From NCBI GenBank assembly GCA_965221905.1, contig OZ244922.1:2592001-2656000 (forward strand): a stretch of 64,000 bases of DNA, given 5' to 3'. The position numbers and the translations under genes were made by a program. Position 1 is the first letter of the stretch. Each line of letters opens with the position of its first letter. Of the stretch, positions 41,394 through 50,845 are shown one piece after another. This DNA is from Chloroflexota bacterium. Its GTDB lineage: Bacteria; Chloroflexota; UBA11872; VXOZ01. The notes under the pieces are model-generated. The model was not told the origin of the DNA. It searched no databases and saw only the letters and a list, made by a program, of their open reading frames with translations.

Positions 41394-42407
41394 ATGGATG
41401 CAGCACCGAGCGAGACCAATGCGCGCATCAAGAGCACCGCGCGCATTGCCATCGGTATTGCCATCACAGTGGTTACGCTGTACGTTGTTTACCGCGATGC
41501 AGATCCCCAACAGATGCTCGACGCTTTCGGGGAGTTCAATCTGGCTATGCTATTGCCATTTGGGCTCTTCTACGCGGTGCAACTTTGGGCAAAGACCGAG
41601 CGGTGGGCGCAGCTTCTTGATCGCGGGACGGTCAGGCTGCGTATTCTCTTCTCCTCCATGATGGTGGGCTACACGGTCAATACGCTTCTCCCGGCGCGCC
41701 TCGGTGAAGTCGCACGCATCTATCTTCTGCACAAACGGGCCGGAATACCCGCGGGACGCACGCTCTCAACCATAATTCTCGAGCGCCTGCTAGACGTTGC
41801 CGCCGTCGTGATTATTCTCGGAATCGCGCTTCTTTCGGTTGACCTGCCCAATTGGATCCGTACCTCGATTCTTTTGGGAACCGTCCTGCTCATCGTTGGG
41901 TTAGCAGGGCTGCTCGTAATTGCGTATCTGCCGCGTAGTCTATTAGGCAGCTTCGCTGAGCGCGCCCCTGTGCTGCAACGTATCCCGCTCAAAAGCACCA
42001 TCGAGGCCGGCTTCACGCTTCTTGTGGAAGTTGCAAGGACGCGGCGCGGCCTTTGGGCCTTCGGCTGGTCGCTACCGGCGTGGGCGTGTGTGGTGGCGGG
42101 GACGCACGTCATTCTGCTTGGCTTCGGCTTCGACGTGCCGATCTGGGCGAGCATGGTGCTCGTCGGTGCAACCACGCTCGGTATGATTCTGCCGTCATCC
42201 CCCGGGTATGTCGGTGTTTTTCACTTGCTGGCCGCTGAATCGCTGGTATTGTTTGGCGTAGCGGAAACTCCGGCGGAAACTGCGGCTCTCCTGTTACACA
42301 TCGTGAGCTTTGCGCCCGTCACGCTGCTTGGCCTCTACTACGTGTGGGCGGACGGCCTGGGATCGATAGGTGGCTTGGCGCAGGAGAGCGCACGGCTCAG
42401 TAAATGA
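41394..42407 (+). CDS. Lysylphosphatidylglycerol synthase TM-domain (UPF0104, flippase-like) protein
   Basis: NTLLPARLGEVAR, ILERLLD, LPSSPGYVGVFH; about 8 TM segments. Confidence 0.88.
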   Translation: MDAAPSETNARIKSTARIAIGIAITVVTLYVVYRDADPQQMLDAFGEFNLAMLLPFGLFYAVQLWAKTERWAQLLDRGTVRLRILFSSMMVGYTVNTLLPARLGEVARIYLLHKRAGIPAGRTLSTIILERLLDVAAVVIILGIALLSVDLPNWIRTSILLGTVLLIVGLAGLLVIAYLPRSLLGSFAERAPVLQRIPLKSTIEAGFTLLVEVARTRRGLWAFGWSLPAWACVVAGTHVILLGFGFDVPIWASMVLVGATTLGMILPSSPGYVGVFHLLAAESLVLFGVAETPAETAALLLHIVSFAPVTLLGLYYVWADGLGSIGGLAQESARLSK

Positions 42408-42455
42408 TCCCCACCACGTGGTGAAAGAGGCAGGTCTCCCTGGCGATTGCCCCCT

Positions 42456-43067
42456 TCAGCGGGACTGGTACCAAACGTGGATGACCCGCTGCAAGGTAGT
42501 AAGCAGTGTCAGTATTGCCAACAGCCAGATGACGATCTTCAGCACTATGATGAAATCGAAGGGGAACAGCAACGCCAAGCCGAGAGCAATGACGCGTTCG
42601 GGACGTTGAAACCAGCCAACGTTACATGATAGTCCTAGCCCTTCCGCCCGGGCACGCGTGTAGCTCACCATCTGCGATCCTACGAGCATGATCGCCGTTC
42701 CCATTACGGTCGGATTGTCTCCAAAGCTGAGAAAGTATCCAATCAATCCCAGGCCGATTGCAGCTTCAGATAGCCTGTCCAGGGTTGAATCGAAGAAAGC
42801 GCCGAAGGTAGAGCCTTGGTCGCTAACCCGCGCCAATGCGCCATCCACCATATCGAATGCGCTCGCTACCAGTACAAGAATCGCAGCCCACGGCCACATC
42901 CCTTGCCACACAGCCGCGGCCGCTACGAGGCTAAGAATGAAGCCAAAAGTTGTTACCGTGTTTGGCTGAACCCCAAGACGGGCAAGCGGGCGAACCAACG
43001 CTTCCATCGTAGTTTGTGCCCATTCGCGAACGCCAGGATGTATCATGGTGTCTTCATCTCCGTACAC
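42456..43067 (-). CDS. pgsA: CDP-alcohol phosphatidyltransferase, phosphatidylinositol(-phosphate) synthase type (start may be 43046)
   Basis: PNTVT, DMVDGALAR..GAFFDSTLDR, VSYTRARAEGLG, RPER. Confidence 0.88.
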   Translation of the reverse strand: MYGDEDTMIHPGVREWAQTTMEALVRPLARLGVQPNTVTTFGFILSLVAAAAVWQGMWPWAAILVLVASAFDMVDGALARVSDQGSTFGAFFDSTLDRLSEAAIGLGLIGYFLSFGDNPTVMGTAIMLVGSQMVSYTRARAEGLGLSCNVGWFQRPERVIALGLALLFPFDFIIVLKIVIWLLAILTLLTTLQRVIHVWYQSR

Positions 43068-43104
43068 ATGCGTCTAGGTCATACACGCTCTCGGTAGCCA
43101 AGAG

Positions 43105-44295
43105 TTACCGCACTTTCTCCTTCTTCCGACGATGGATTCTTGCCCAATCATACCGGCGGCTGCGCGGTGCCTTGTTTGCAATACTTTCCTCGTAGAAAGC
43201 GATTAGCTGCGTTGCGATCTTCTCCCAGGAGTAGCTTTGCGCTGCCTGCAACCCGCGTGCGCCTGCTTCCTCGCGCAGAGTCCTCTGATCGAGAAACTGC
43301 ATCAGTGCATGCGCCAAAGCCTTGTCGTTTTCAGGAGGCACCAGCACCCCCGCGCCCGTGCCTTCCAGCACGCCGCGGTACCCCTCAATATTCGAAGCCA
43401 CTACCGGTTTACCGGCCGCCATCGCCTCAAGCAGCACAATGCCCTGACTCTCGCCGCCCGTGGACGGGGCGCAAAACACATGGCATGACTTGTAATATCG
43501 GACTTTCTCTTCTCTACTAACGAACCCGACGAAAACTACGTTTGACAGCCCTAGTTGCACTGCTTTCTTTTCGTACTCAGCGCGCTGTGCCTCTGCGAAT
43601 GCCCCCACCACAATCAGCCGGACCCTGTGGGCGCCGCTCTCCTGCACCGTCTGCAGTGCCTGTAAGAGGTAGGTAAGTCCTTTGCGCTTCTCAAGTCGCC
43701 CGACAAAGAGCACATTGAGCATGCCGTCATCCAGATCGGGAAATGGCGGTAACGCGCTCTGGAAGAGCTTCATATCGATGCCATTGGGAATTATGCGATA
43801 TTGGGATGGAAAGTAGCGTGAAATCAGCTCCCGGGCCGCGTCAGACACCGCAATCCGTCCCTGCAACCGGTTGAAATACCGCTTCAACAGCGGCTTGCCG
43901 TAGAGATACGCGAAGTGTGAGCGTCGGTACGTGTGGAATGTTCCCACGTTTACGGTGCGGGAGTGACGGAGCACCGTGATTGGTAGGGCAGGCGCAAGCG
44001 GCTCGTGCAAGTGGACCACGTCAAACCGCTCTTTGGCGAGGATCTCCTTCACCTGCCGCGAGAGCGTGAGTGACAGTGATATGCGGGCAACTGAGGCGTT
44101 CATGGGAACCCGGACGATAGTCTTTCCAACCCGGTACAGGTTATCGTAGGGCAGCTCCTCTTCCGGCTGAGATGAAGGAGCGAGAATTCGTACCTCGTGT
44201 CCCATACTCCGAAACTGTGCATTCAAGTGGCTGATGTGTTCGGTCACACCGCCAGGATATGCATAGTCATAGGGTGAAACGAGGGCAATTTTCAC
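43105..44295 (-). CDS. GT4 glycosyltransferase, PimA-like phosphatidylinositol mannosyltransferase
   Basis: MKIALVSPY..PGGV, VHLHEP, VGTFH, CAPSTGGESQGIVLLEAMAAG; next to pgsA. Confidence 0.82.
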   Translation of the reverse strand: MKIALVSPYDYAYPGGVTEHISHLNAQFRSMGHEVRILAPSSQPEEELPYDNLYRVGKTIVRVPMNASVARISLSLTLSRQVKEILAKERFDVVHLHEPLAPALPITVLRHSRTVNVGTFHTYRRSHFAYLYGKPLLKRYFNRLQGRIAVSDAARELISRYFPSQYRIIPNGIDMKLFQSALPPFPDLDDGMLNVLFVGRLEKRKGLTYLLQALQTVQESGAHRVRLIVVGAFAEAQRAEYEKKAVQLGLSNVVFVGFVSREEKVRYYKSCHVFCAPSTGGESQGIVLLEAMAAGKPVVASNIEGYRGVLEGTGAGVLVPPENDKALAHALMQFLDQRTLREEAGARGLQAAQSYSWEKIATQLIAFYEESIANKAPRSRRYDWARIHRRKKEKVR

Positions 44296-44303
44296 ACTCC
44301 GCC

Positions 44304-45014
44304 TCACTTCCCAGGTACCAAAGCCTGTCCTAACCAATCCGCATACCGTCGCATCTTGCGCCGAAAGTAGAGCATCGACTCATCGAGATCGAAGTAACTC
44401 CCACGCGCCAAAGTCGTTTTGTCCCTGATTGCTTTCCGCATGTCTTCCGCAGTCGTTCCCGGAAACAGGGTGTGCGCTTTACCTATACCCTCGAGGATGT
44501 GCGAGTCACTGCCTCCAACCTGGGAAATGCCCAGCTTTTGCTGGATATCCAGAGCTTTCTCATAGCTCATCTTGCCGGCAGGACTAGCGTTCATGACCTC
44601 AATGGCGTCAAAGTGGTAGCCTTTTCTCTCCAGCCGCCTAAACGTGTAGGGCCAGAAGCTAAGAGTCAACCAGGACATGGGGTGGGGGACAATAATTAGC
44701 CCACCTTGCTCCCGGATAGCATCGATCGTCCACTCCGCGCTGCGCAAGACGGGAAAAGCTGTCTCTACCCACAGGCCTATCAGGTGGCCGTCGAACGTAG
44801 ACACCTCGATGCCTGGGATCACTTCCAGGCCGGGGAACTGATCGGCGAGAGCCGCTGCCTCCAACGCGCCGTCGATTTCGTCATGATCGGTGACGGCAAG
44901 CAGCGCAATGTCAGTCTCCGCGCTGACGTACTCCAACATCTGGTAAGGGGAAAAAGTGCCGTCGCTCGCGTTGGTATGAATGTGCAGGTCGGCCTTGCCC
45001 ATGAGTGTTGGCAT
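44304..45014 (-). CDS. PHP-domain phosphoesterase
   Basis: ADLHIHTNASDG, AVTDHD, GIEVST..GHL, PHP, GGSDSH. Confidence 0.88.
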   Translation of the reverse strand: MPTLMGKADLHIHTNASDGTFSPYQMLEYVSAETDIALLAVTDHDEIDGALEAAALADQFPGLEVIPGIEVSTFDGHLIGLWVETAFPVLRSAEWTIDAIREQGGLIIVPHPMSWLTLSFWPYTFRRLERKGYHFDAIEVMNASPAGKMSYEKALDIQQKLGISQVGGSDSHILEGIGKAHTLFPGTTAEDMRKAIRDKTTLARGSYFDLDESMLYFRRKMRRYADWLGQALVPGK

Positions 45015-45058
45015 CGACGACGTTTCCGGAGACGGGACCATCCGCGTACCGCTCCTTC

Positions 45059-45970
45059 TCAAGCGCGCCCCGCAGTGGAAGCCTGGGCAGTCAATGGCTG
45101 GGGCCACATGGGACGAAACATGAACCACTGCTCGGGACATGAACGAATGATTTCTTCCAGCACAATTGCAAGTTGCTGCATAGTCGCTTGAATGTCACCT
45201 TTCTCATCATCGCTGGGCACGGTATAGATAGGCGGATAGACGGTAACGGCCAATCCATTATCCGCCCCGCGCCGGCACTCGCACATCACCAACGGGGCTC
45301 CGGTGCGCAGCGATAGCGCGGCCGGACCGGCGGGCAGGTATGTCCGGCTGCCAAAGAACGTCACCGGAACGCCGCGCCCATCCATTGGCCGATCGAACAG
45401 CAGCCCTACAACTCGATTTGACTGCAATTGACGCAACATGGCGCGCAGCCCTCGCTCCACCGGTACCGTATCGAAGCCCAAGCGGTCCCGCACTCTGCGC
45501 ACGACCCAATCCATGGCCCCACTATTGAGCTCATCCACCGGAATTAACACTGGGAATCGCTGCGCAAGCATCGCACCGCCCAAGTCCCAAAGACCGAAGT
45601 GCCCGGAGACGAATATGACGCCCTTCCCGGCTTGGAGGGCTTCAGTGACATGTTCCTCTCCATGAAGCTCCCGTACCCGTTTCTGTAGGCGTTCGGGCGT
45701 CATGCGCATCCAACTCAGGAAGTCGGCCATGTACCAGCCATAGTTTTCCATAGACATCTTGGCCAGTCGTTGCGTTTTAGGATGCGCTACCGGTTTTCCC
45801 AAAACGTGAGACATATTGGCCGTCACGTTCTCGCGTCCCGTACGCCAGAGGGCGAATACCATCCCAGCCAACAAACTCGCAATACGATACTTGACGGTCT
45901 GCGGCAAGGCGCCGTCAATCGCGGCACCCGCCAGCAATAGAAGCCGTCCCATGAGGCCGCCAAGTGTCAT
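45059..45970 (-). CDS. Lipid acyltransferase, PatA / lipid A lauroyltransferase family
   Basis: GKGVIFVSGHFGLWD (Hx4D), LLFDR, VTFFG..GPAALSLRTGAP, PEQWFMFRPMW. Confidence 0.85.
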   Translation of the reverse strand: MTLGGLMGRLLLLAGAAIDGALPQTVKYRIASLLAGMVFALWRTGRENVTANMSHVLGKPVAHPKTQRLAKMSMENYGWYMADFLSWMRMTPERLQKRVRELHGEEHVTEALQAGKGVIFVSGHFGLWDLGGAMLAQRFPVLIPVDELNSGAMDWVVRRVRDRLGFDTVPVERGLRAMLRQLQSNRVVGLLFDRPMDGRGVPVTFFGSRTYLPAGPAALSLRTGAPLVMCECRRGADNGLAVTVYPPIYTVPSDDEKGDIQATMQQLAIVLEEIIRSCPEQWFMFRPMWPQPLTAQASTAGRA

Positions 45971-45990
45971 ACCACTAACTCTAAACCCGA

Positions 45991-47100
45991 TTAGTCCGCG
46001 CCCTGAAGGACGTGGCCCACGTCATCACCGGATCCGGCTATAAACTCTTCCAACATCTCGCGCGCTTTGTCATCAGTAATCTGCTGCGGCGGCGACTTCA
46101 TCAGATACGCCGACGGCGCAACGAGCGTGCCGCTCAAGTTTCGGTCAAGTCCGATCTTGGCTAATCGCACGGCATCGATCACAACGCCGGCCGAGTTTGG
46201 CGAATCCCACACTTCGAGCTTAATCTCTGCGCGCAGCGGCACATCTCCGAAAGCCCGACCGTTCATATAGATATATGCCCACTTCCGATCCTCCAAGAAG
46301 GGCACATGGTCGCTAGGGCCAATATAGACGTTATCCGCTCCGGGATCGTAGTCCAACAGCGAGGTCACCGCGTTTGTCTTGGATTCCTTCTTAGATCTCA
46401 GTCGAGAGCGTTCCAGCATATTGAGAAAGTCAGTATTGCCGCCTACGTTGAGCTGGCTGGTTTCCTCTAAGCGCACCCCGCGGTCCCGAAAGAGCCGCGC
46501 CAGGGCGCGATGGACAATCGTGGCCCCCACCTGTGACTTGATGTCGTCGCCGACAATTGGCACCCCCGCTTCGTGGAAACGCCGCTGCCAGTATGGCTCG
46601 CGGCCGATGAAAACCGGAATGCAGTTAACGAAACCGCAACCGGCCCGCAGGACCTGTTCCACGTACCATTTCGTCGCCTCTTCACTGCCCACCGGCAGGT
46701 AGCTCACGACAACGTCCGTGCCGGTGTCTTTCAAAATGCTGACAATGTCGTCGGTAGGACCGGGGGCCTTGTGCACAACCTCACTTAGGTATTGACCAAT
46801 GCCGTCGTGGGTCATGCCGCGACGCACTGTTACGCCGACCGGCTCGACCTCTGAAAACTTGATCGTGTTGTTTGGCGCTTCCCAAATTGCTTCGCCTAGG
46901 TCCTTGCCGACTTTGTTTTGGTCGACGTCGAAGGCGGCTGAAAACTCAATGTCGCTTACGTGATACTCGCCCAGGCGCACGTGCATGAGACCGGGAACGA
47001 AGTCCGTATCCGCTGCGTCTCGGTAATAATTCACACCTTGGATAAGGGATGACGCGCAGTTTCCCACGCCAACAATTGCGACCCGTACCTTACTACTCAC
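45991..47100 (-). CDS. ino1: Inositol-3-phosphate synthase
   Basis: [62 protein letters not shown]. Confidence 0.96.
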   Translation of the reverse strand: MSSKVRVAIVGVGNCASSLIQGVNYYRDAADTDFVPGLMHVRLGEYHVSDIEFSAAFDVDQNKVGKDLGEAIWEAPNNTIKFSEVEPVGVTVRRGMTHDGIGQYLSEVVHKAPGPTDDIVSILKDTGTDVVVSYLPVGSEEATKWYVEQVLRAGCGFVNCIPVFIGREPYWQRRFHEAGVPIVGDDIKSQVGATIVHRALARLFRDRGVRLEETSQLNVGGNTDFLNMLERSRLRSKKESKTNAVTSLLDYDPGADNVYIGPSDHVPFLEDRKWAYIYMNGRAFGDVPLRAEIKLEVWDSPNSAGVVIDAVRLAKIGLDRNLSGTLVAPSAYLMKSPPQQITDDKAREMLEEFIAGSGDDVGHVLQGAD

Positions 47101-47214
47101 CGGTTCAACTCTCCCTAACGCTGCTGCAGTTCTACCTATCGACCGACAATGGTGTGCGGTCTCGACGCCGCCCACGCTAATATCCATTGATTCGATTGCT
47201 CGCTCAACTTGAAA

Positions 47215-47547
47215 CTATCCCGCCGCTTGCTTCGCCAGTTTCGGCTCGGCATCGGGCTCTGTTCCCAGCAAGTCGTCCAGCCCTTGGGCGACCTTCTGAA
47301 ATCCGGCAGGATTGACCGCATAGTGCACCTGCCGTCCGTCCTTCCTCGCCTCCACCAATTCAGCCCGGCGCAGAATGCTCAAGTGCCACGACAGCAGCGG
47401 CTGGCTGATCGGCACTTTTTCCCGTAGTTCGGTCACCGTCATAGTCTCTCCAGCCGCCAAGGCCCGGAGAATATCCAGGCGGGAACGACTGGCAAGTGCG
47501 CGTAGCTGTCTGCTGAACTCGCGTAGCGATTGCGCCTGCAAAGACAT
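47215..47547 (-). CDS. ArsR/SmtB family transcriptional regulator
   Basis: ALASRSRLDILRAL..ISQPLLSWHLSILRRAELV..RKDGRQVHY; RBS AGGAG. Confidence 0.9.
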   Translation of the reverse strand: MSLQAQSLREFSRQLRALASRSRLDILRALAAGETMTVTELREKVPISQPLLSWHLSILRRAELVEARKDGRQVHYAVNPAGFQKVAQGLDDLLGTEPDAEPKLAKQAAG

Positions 47548-47589
47548 TGTCTCTCCTAACCGAAACCTACCCAACACGTCACATATATA

Positions 47590-47646
47590 TCAAATATATT
47601 TGAAGTGATTTTTCTTTATATTATCGCCTTCAGTAGCCTGCGTCAA
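47590..47646 (-). promoter_or_regulatory. Promoter and palindromic operator of the arsR-ino1 operon
   Basis: Minus strand TTGACG-17 bp-TAATAT (47646-47618); perfect 14-bp palindrome TCAAATATATTTGA at 47590-47603. Confidence 0.7.
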
Positions 47647-47991
47647 GAGATACCCAAGGATATTCAACGCGCGAATTTATCAGTTTTCGCGGAGCGCATC
47701 GGTGCAAGTACCAGCAGGCATCATTGGCTCATCAAGCATTTGACTAATCGCATGCATTGACTCCACGACGAATGTAGAAAGCGCCGAGGCGTCCGATGGG
47801 CGGGGACTGGCAAACATACATATCTCAGGCAATTGGAATGTTGGTTAGAGTGTGAAAGGAGGTATGCGAGAAGTGTGGCGATGCAATTGACAGATCTTGC
47901 GAAGAATATCTGTACTGAGGAATTGGTGTTATTCTTGCCCCGTAGGATTCAACAAGTGCAAGCTCATGCACTCGAGGTAGGGCAGCGGGCA

Positions 47992-48372
47992 TCATTGAAT
48001 TGGAGGCAGTTCCTCAATCTTCACCTCTCCGTCAAAGAAGGCATCTACTGTAACCCTACTACCCCACAGCAAAGTCATGCCTAGTAACGGTGCGCTGTCA
48101 GACTTCAGAACTAGTACATCTCTTAGACGTCCGTGCCAAGTGACTGCAGCAAGAAACGCCTCGAACTCAAAGAGTTCTCCATTGGCTAACTCAAAGGTCC
48201 GCTGGCCTACTGAGGGGATACCAAGTCGCTGTATGGAATCTGTGGGCAACGTCAAGTAGCCAGTAAACCCGGTATCCAAGATAGCCTCAATTGATTGAAT
48301 GCTACCTTCACCATCAATGATGTCGATGGTGACTAGCGCTTGTTGATTGCCGTCAACTCTTCCCTTAATCAT
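47992..48372 (-). CDS. Clan AA (retropepsin-like) aspartic protease
   Basis: AILDTGFTGYLTLP and PLLGMTLL motifs. Confidence 0.85.
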   Translation of the reverse strand: MIKGRVDGNQQALVTIDIIDGEGSIQSIEAILDTGFTGYLTLPTDSIQRLGIPSVGQRTFELANGELFEFEAFLAAVTWHGRLRDVLVLKSDSAPLLGMTLLWGSRVTVDAFFDGEVKIEELPPIQ

Positions 48373-48640
48373 CGTGCGTGGGCGCACGGAAGCCGCCGAC
48401 GTGGCTGTAAGCTGCGCGATGGCCGATGCGGATTCCATACGTCACGGCCGTCGGCCTCCGGTCTAATAGCCGCCGTGTTGCCACCGCATCGCCTGCGTCG
48501 ATCTCATAGTCGCCGCTCTCGACGTCGATGACTACAAAGTTTCCCTTCCCCACCGACTCAACTCTAGATTGGATTTGTTCCCGGTAGATCGCTTCTCCCC
48601 GGGCCGCAATCTCCCCAGAACTATATGCCCGGGCTGCCAT
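48365..48640 (-). CDS. Small conserved hypothetical protein coupled to the aspartic protease
   Basis: RGEAIY..GNFVVIDVESGDYEI..RIG; RBS AAGGAG; overlaps the protease start. Confidence 0.75.
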   Translation of the reverse strand: MAARAYSSGEIAARGEAIYREQIQSRVESVGKGNFVVIDVESGDYEIDAGDAVATRRLLDRRPTAVTYGIRIGHRAAYSHVGGFRAPTHDD

Positions 48641-48902
48641 GACATGCTCCTTAATTCACAGTAAAGCGTCTCGTCTACAATTCAAAGATACGCTCCAAGC
48701 CGTCCGATGGTCAATGAGGGCGCAGGTCGGACAAGGCTCCCTGATACCACGGTCTGGCCGGAAAAGAAGGGGACAGAGCCTTTTGCTGCGCTTGTACCTT
48801 GGTTCAGTGAAGCACAACTTCGAGAATTGTTGCGCATACATCCTTTTCCACTCTAAAGAGAATGTGTTCCTGCGCGCGGCATTTTGCTAGCATAGAATCA
48901 AC

Positions 48903-50018
48903 ATGCAAGTGGCACTAGCGCACGATTACTTCTATGCCCTGGGGGGTGCCGAGCAGACCGTTGCGGTAATGCACGGCCTTTGGCCGGAGGCGCCCGTCTA
49001 TACCTCATTTGTTGATCACGCTGCGTTTCCCTTAGACTTCACCGGCTGGGAACTGCGTACGTCGTTTCTTCAGCACGTGCCCCGCCCCGCCCGATTCCAG
49101 AAGTTTCTTACGCCGCTCTACCCGCTCGCATTCCGCAGCTTTGACATGCAGCCGTTTGACGTGGTGGTTTCATCGGCCAGTTTCGCCGCCAAAGGCATTC
49201 CACGCCGCCCGAACACCCTGCACATCAGTTACTGTTACACGCCGCCGCGCTTTCTCTGGGGCATGACTCCGGCTACGGATCGCGCTCAGATGTCCTGGCC
49301 GGTGCGCGGCCTTGACGCACTGTTGCGACCGTACCTGCGTCGGTGGGACCGCTGGGCGGCGGCACAGCCGCACCATCTCGTGGCAATCTCCAACACCGTA
49401 GCCGCGCGCATGCGCCGCATCTACGGCGTGGAGGCAACCGTCATCTATCCCCCCGTGGCTACGCGCCGTTTCCACTCGCAGCCGCACCGCGATGAGGGGT
49501 ATTATGTATATGTGGGGAGACTGGAGTCCCATAAGCGCGTCGACCTAGCAATCGCGGCCGCTCAAGCTGCCCAGGTTCCGTTGCGCGTCATCGGCGACGG
49601 CCCCCTCCGCGACCAAATTGCACGCACTGCGCCGCCTAACGTACAAATCCTTGGTTGGCTGCCCGAGCAGGAGTTGGTCGCTCAACTTGGCGGGTGCCGC
49701 GCCCTGCTCTTTCCGGGAGAAGAAGATTTCGGCATCGTGATGGTAGAAGCGCTCAGCGCGGGCAAGCCCGTGATTGCCTATGGCGCTGGCGGCGCTACCG
49801 AAATCGTGCAACCGGGTGTAAACGGCGTGCTCGTGCCGGCACAGACAACAGACGATTTCGCACAGGCGCTGCGTGCATTCGACGGTCGTCAATTCTCTCC
49901 TGAAGTCTGCCGCGAGACTGCGGCCCAATTCGATGAAGCTGTCTTCACCCATCAATTCAAGGCATTTGTGGAACAAAAGTGGATAGAGTTCGCGCAAACA
50001 CTTCCCGGGAACTCATGA
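48903..50018 (+). CDS. Glycosyltransferase family 4
   Basis: VALAHDY..GGAE, YCYTPPRFLW, VIYPPV, EEDFGIVMVEA. Confidence 0.92.
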   Translation: MQVALAHDYFYALGGAEQTVAVMHGLWPEAPVYTSFVDHAAFPLDFTGWELRTSFLQHVPRPARFQKFLTPLYPLAFRSFDMQPFDVVVSSASFAAKGIPRRPNTLHISYCYTPPRFLWGMTPATDRAQMSWPVRGLDALLRPYLRRWDRWAAAQPHHLVAISNTVAARMRRIYGVEATVIYPPVATRRFHSQPHRDEGYYVYVGRLESHKRVDLAIAAAQAAQVPLRVIGDGPLRDQIARTAPPNVQILGWLPEQELVAQLGGCRALLFPGEEDFGIVMVEALSAGKPVIAYGAGGATEIVQPGVNGVLVPAQTTDDFAQALRAFDGRQFSPEVCRETAAQFDEAVFTHQFKAFVEQKWIEFAQTLPGNS

Positions 50019-50767
50019 ATCTAAGCACCGGTATGCCTAAAAGCGCCGACGTGCTTGGCGTGCGCGTGGACTGCGTGACTATGAACGAGACCCTGGAGCG
50101 GTGCGCACAGTTCCTCGATACCGACGGTCATCACCAGGTGGCAACGCTCAATCCCGAATTTGTAATGCTTGCACAGCGAGATGCACGGTTTCGCACGCTC
50201 GTGCGTGAGGCGAGCCTCGTGGTGCCTGACGGTGCGGGCATCGTCTGGGCCTTGCGCCGCCAAGGAATTACTAATGTCGAACGCGTCACCGGCATCGACT
50301 TGATGCGGGAAATCTGCGCCCAGGCCGCCATTTCACAAGTGCCCGTTTTCTTGCTGGGCGCCGCTCCGGGAATCGCGGCACGGGCCGCAGAAGTTTTGCA
50401 AAGGCAATTTCCGGGCCTCGTGGTGGCCGGCACCGCCGTCGGTGCGCCTGACCCCGACCAAGCATCTACGCTCTGTGCGCAGGTACGGGATTCCGGGGCA
50501 GACATTCTCTTCGTTGCATTTGGCTGTCCCGCCCAAGACTTCTGGATTCAGGACTACCAAGAAGAGACCGGCGCACGCCTCGCGATGGGCGTCGGCGGCA
50601 GCTTCGACTACCTCTCGGGCAAAGTCCAGCGCGCGCCGTTGTGGATACGAAGGATGAACCTGGAGTGGTTCTATCGTCTTGTGCGTCAGCCGTGGCGCTG
50701 GCGTCGGCAGCGTGCGCTTGTATCCTATATGTGGAAAGTCTCGCGAGAGCAACAAGAAGTAGAGTGA
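50015..50767 (+). CDS. WecB/TagA/CpsF family glycosyltransferase
   Basis: TLNPEF, VPDGAGIV, RVTGIDL, GVGGSFD, RAPLW..LEWFYRL. Confidence 0.93.
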   Translation: MNLSTGMPKSADVLGVRVDCVTMNETLERCAQFLDTDGHHQVATLNPEFVMLAQRDARFRTLVREASLVVPDGAGIVWALRRQGITNVERVTGIDLMREICAQAAISQVPVFLLGAAPGIAARAAEVLQRQFPGLVVAGTAVGAPDPDQASTLCAQVRDSGADILFVAFGCPAQDFWIQDYQEETGARLAMGVGGSFDYLSGKVQRAPLWIRRMNLEWFYRLVRQPWRWRRQRALVSYMWKVSREQQEVE

Positions 50768-50845
50768 GAGCATCATTAGCGCCGGAGCGCGCCGCGACAT
50801 TGTGAGTTCTCTCCAAGACCACTCCTGCGCAAAGGATATGCAGCG

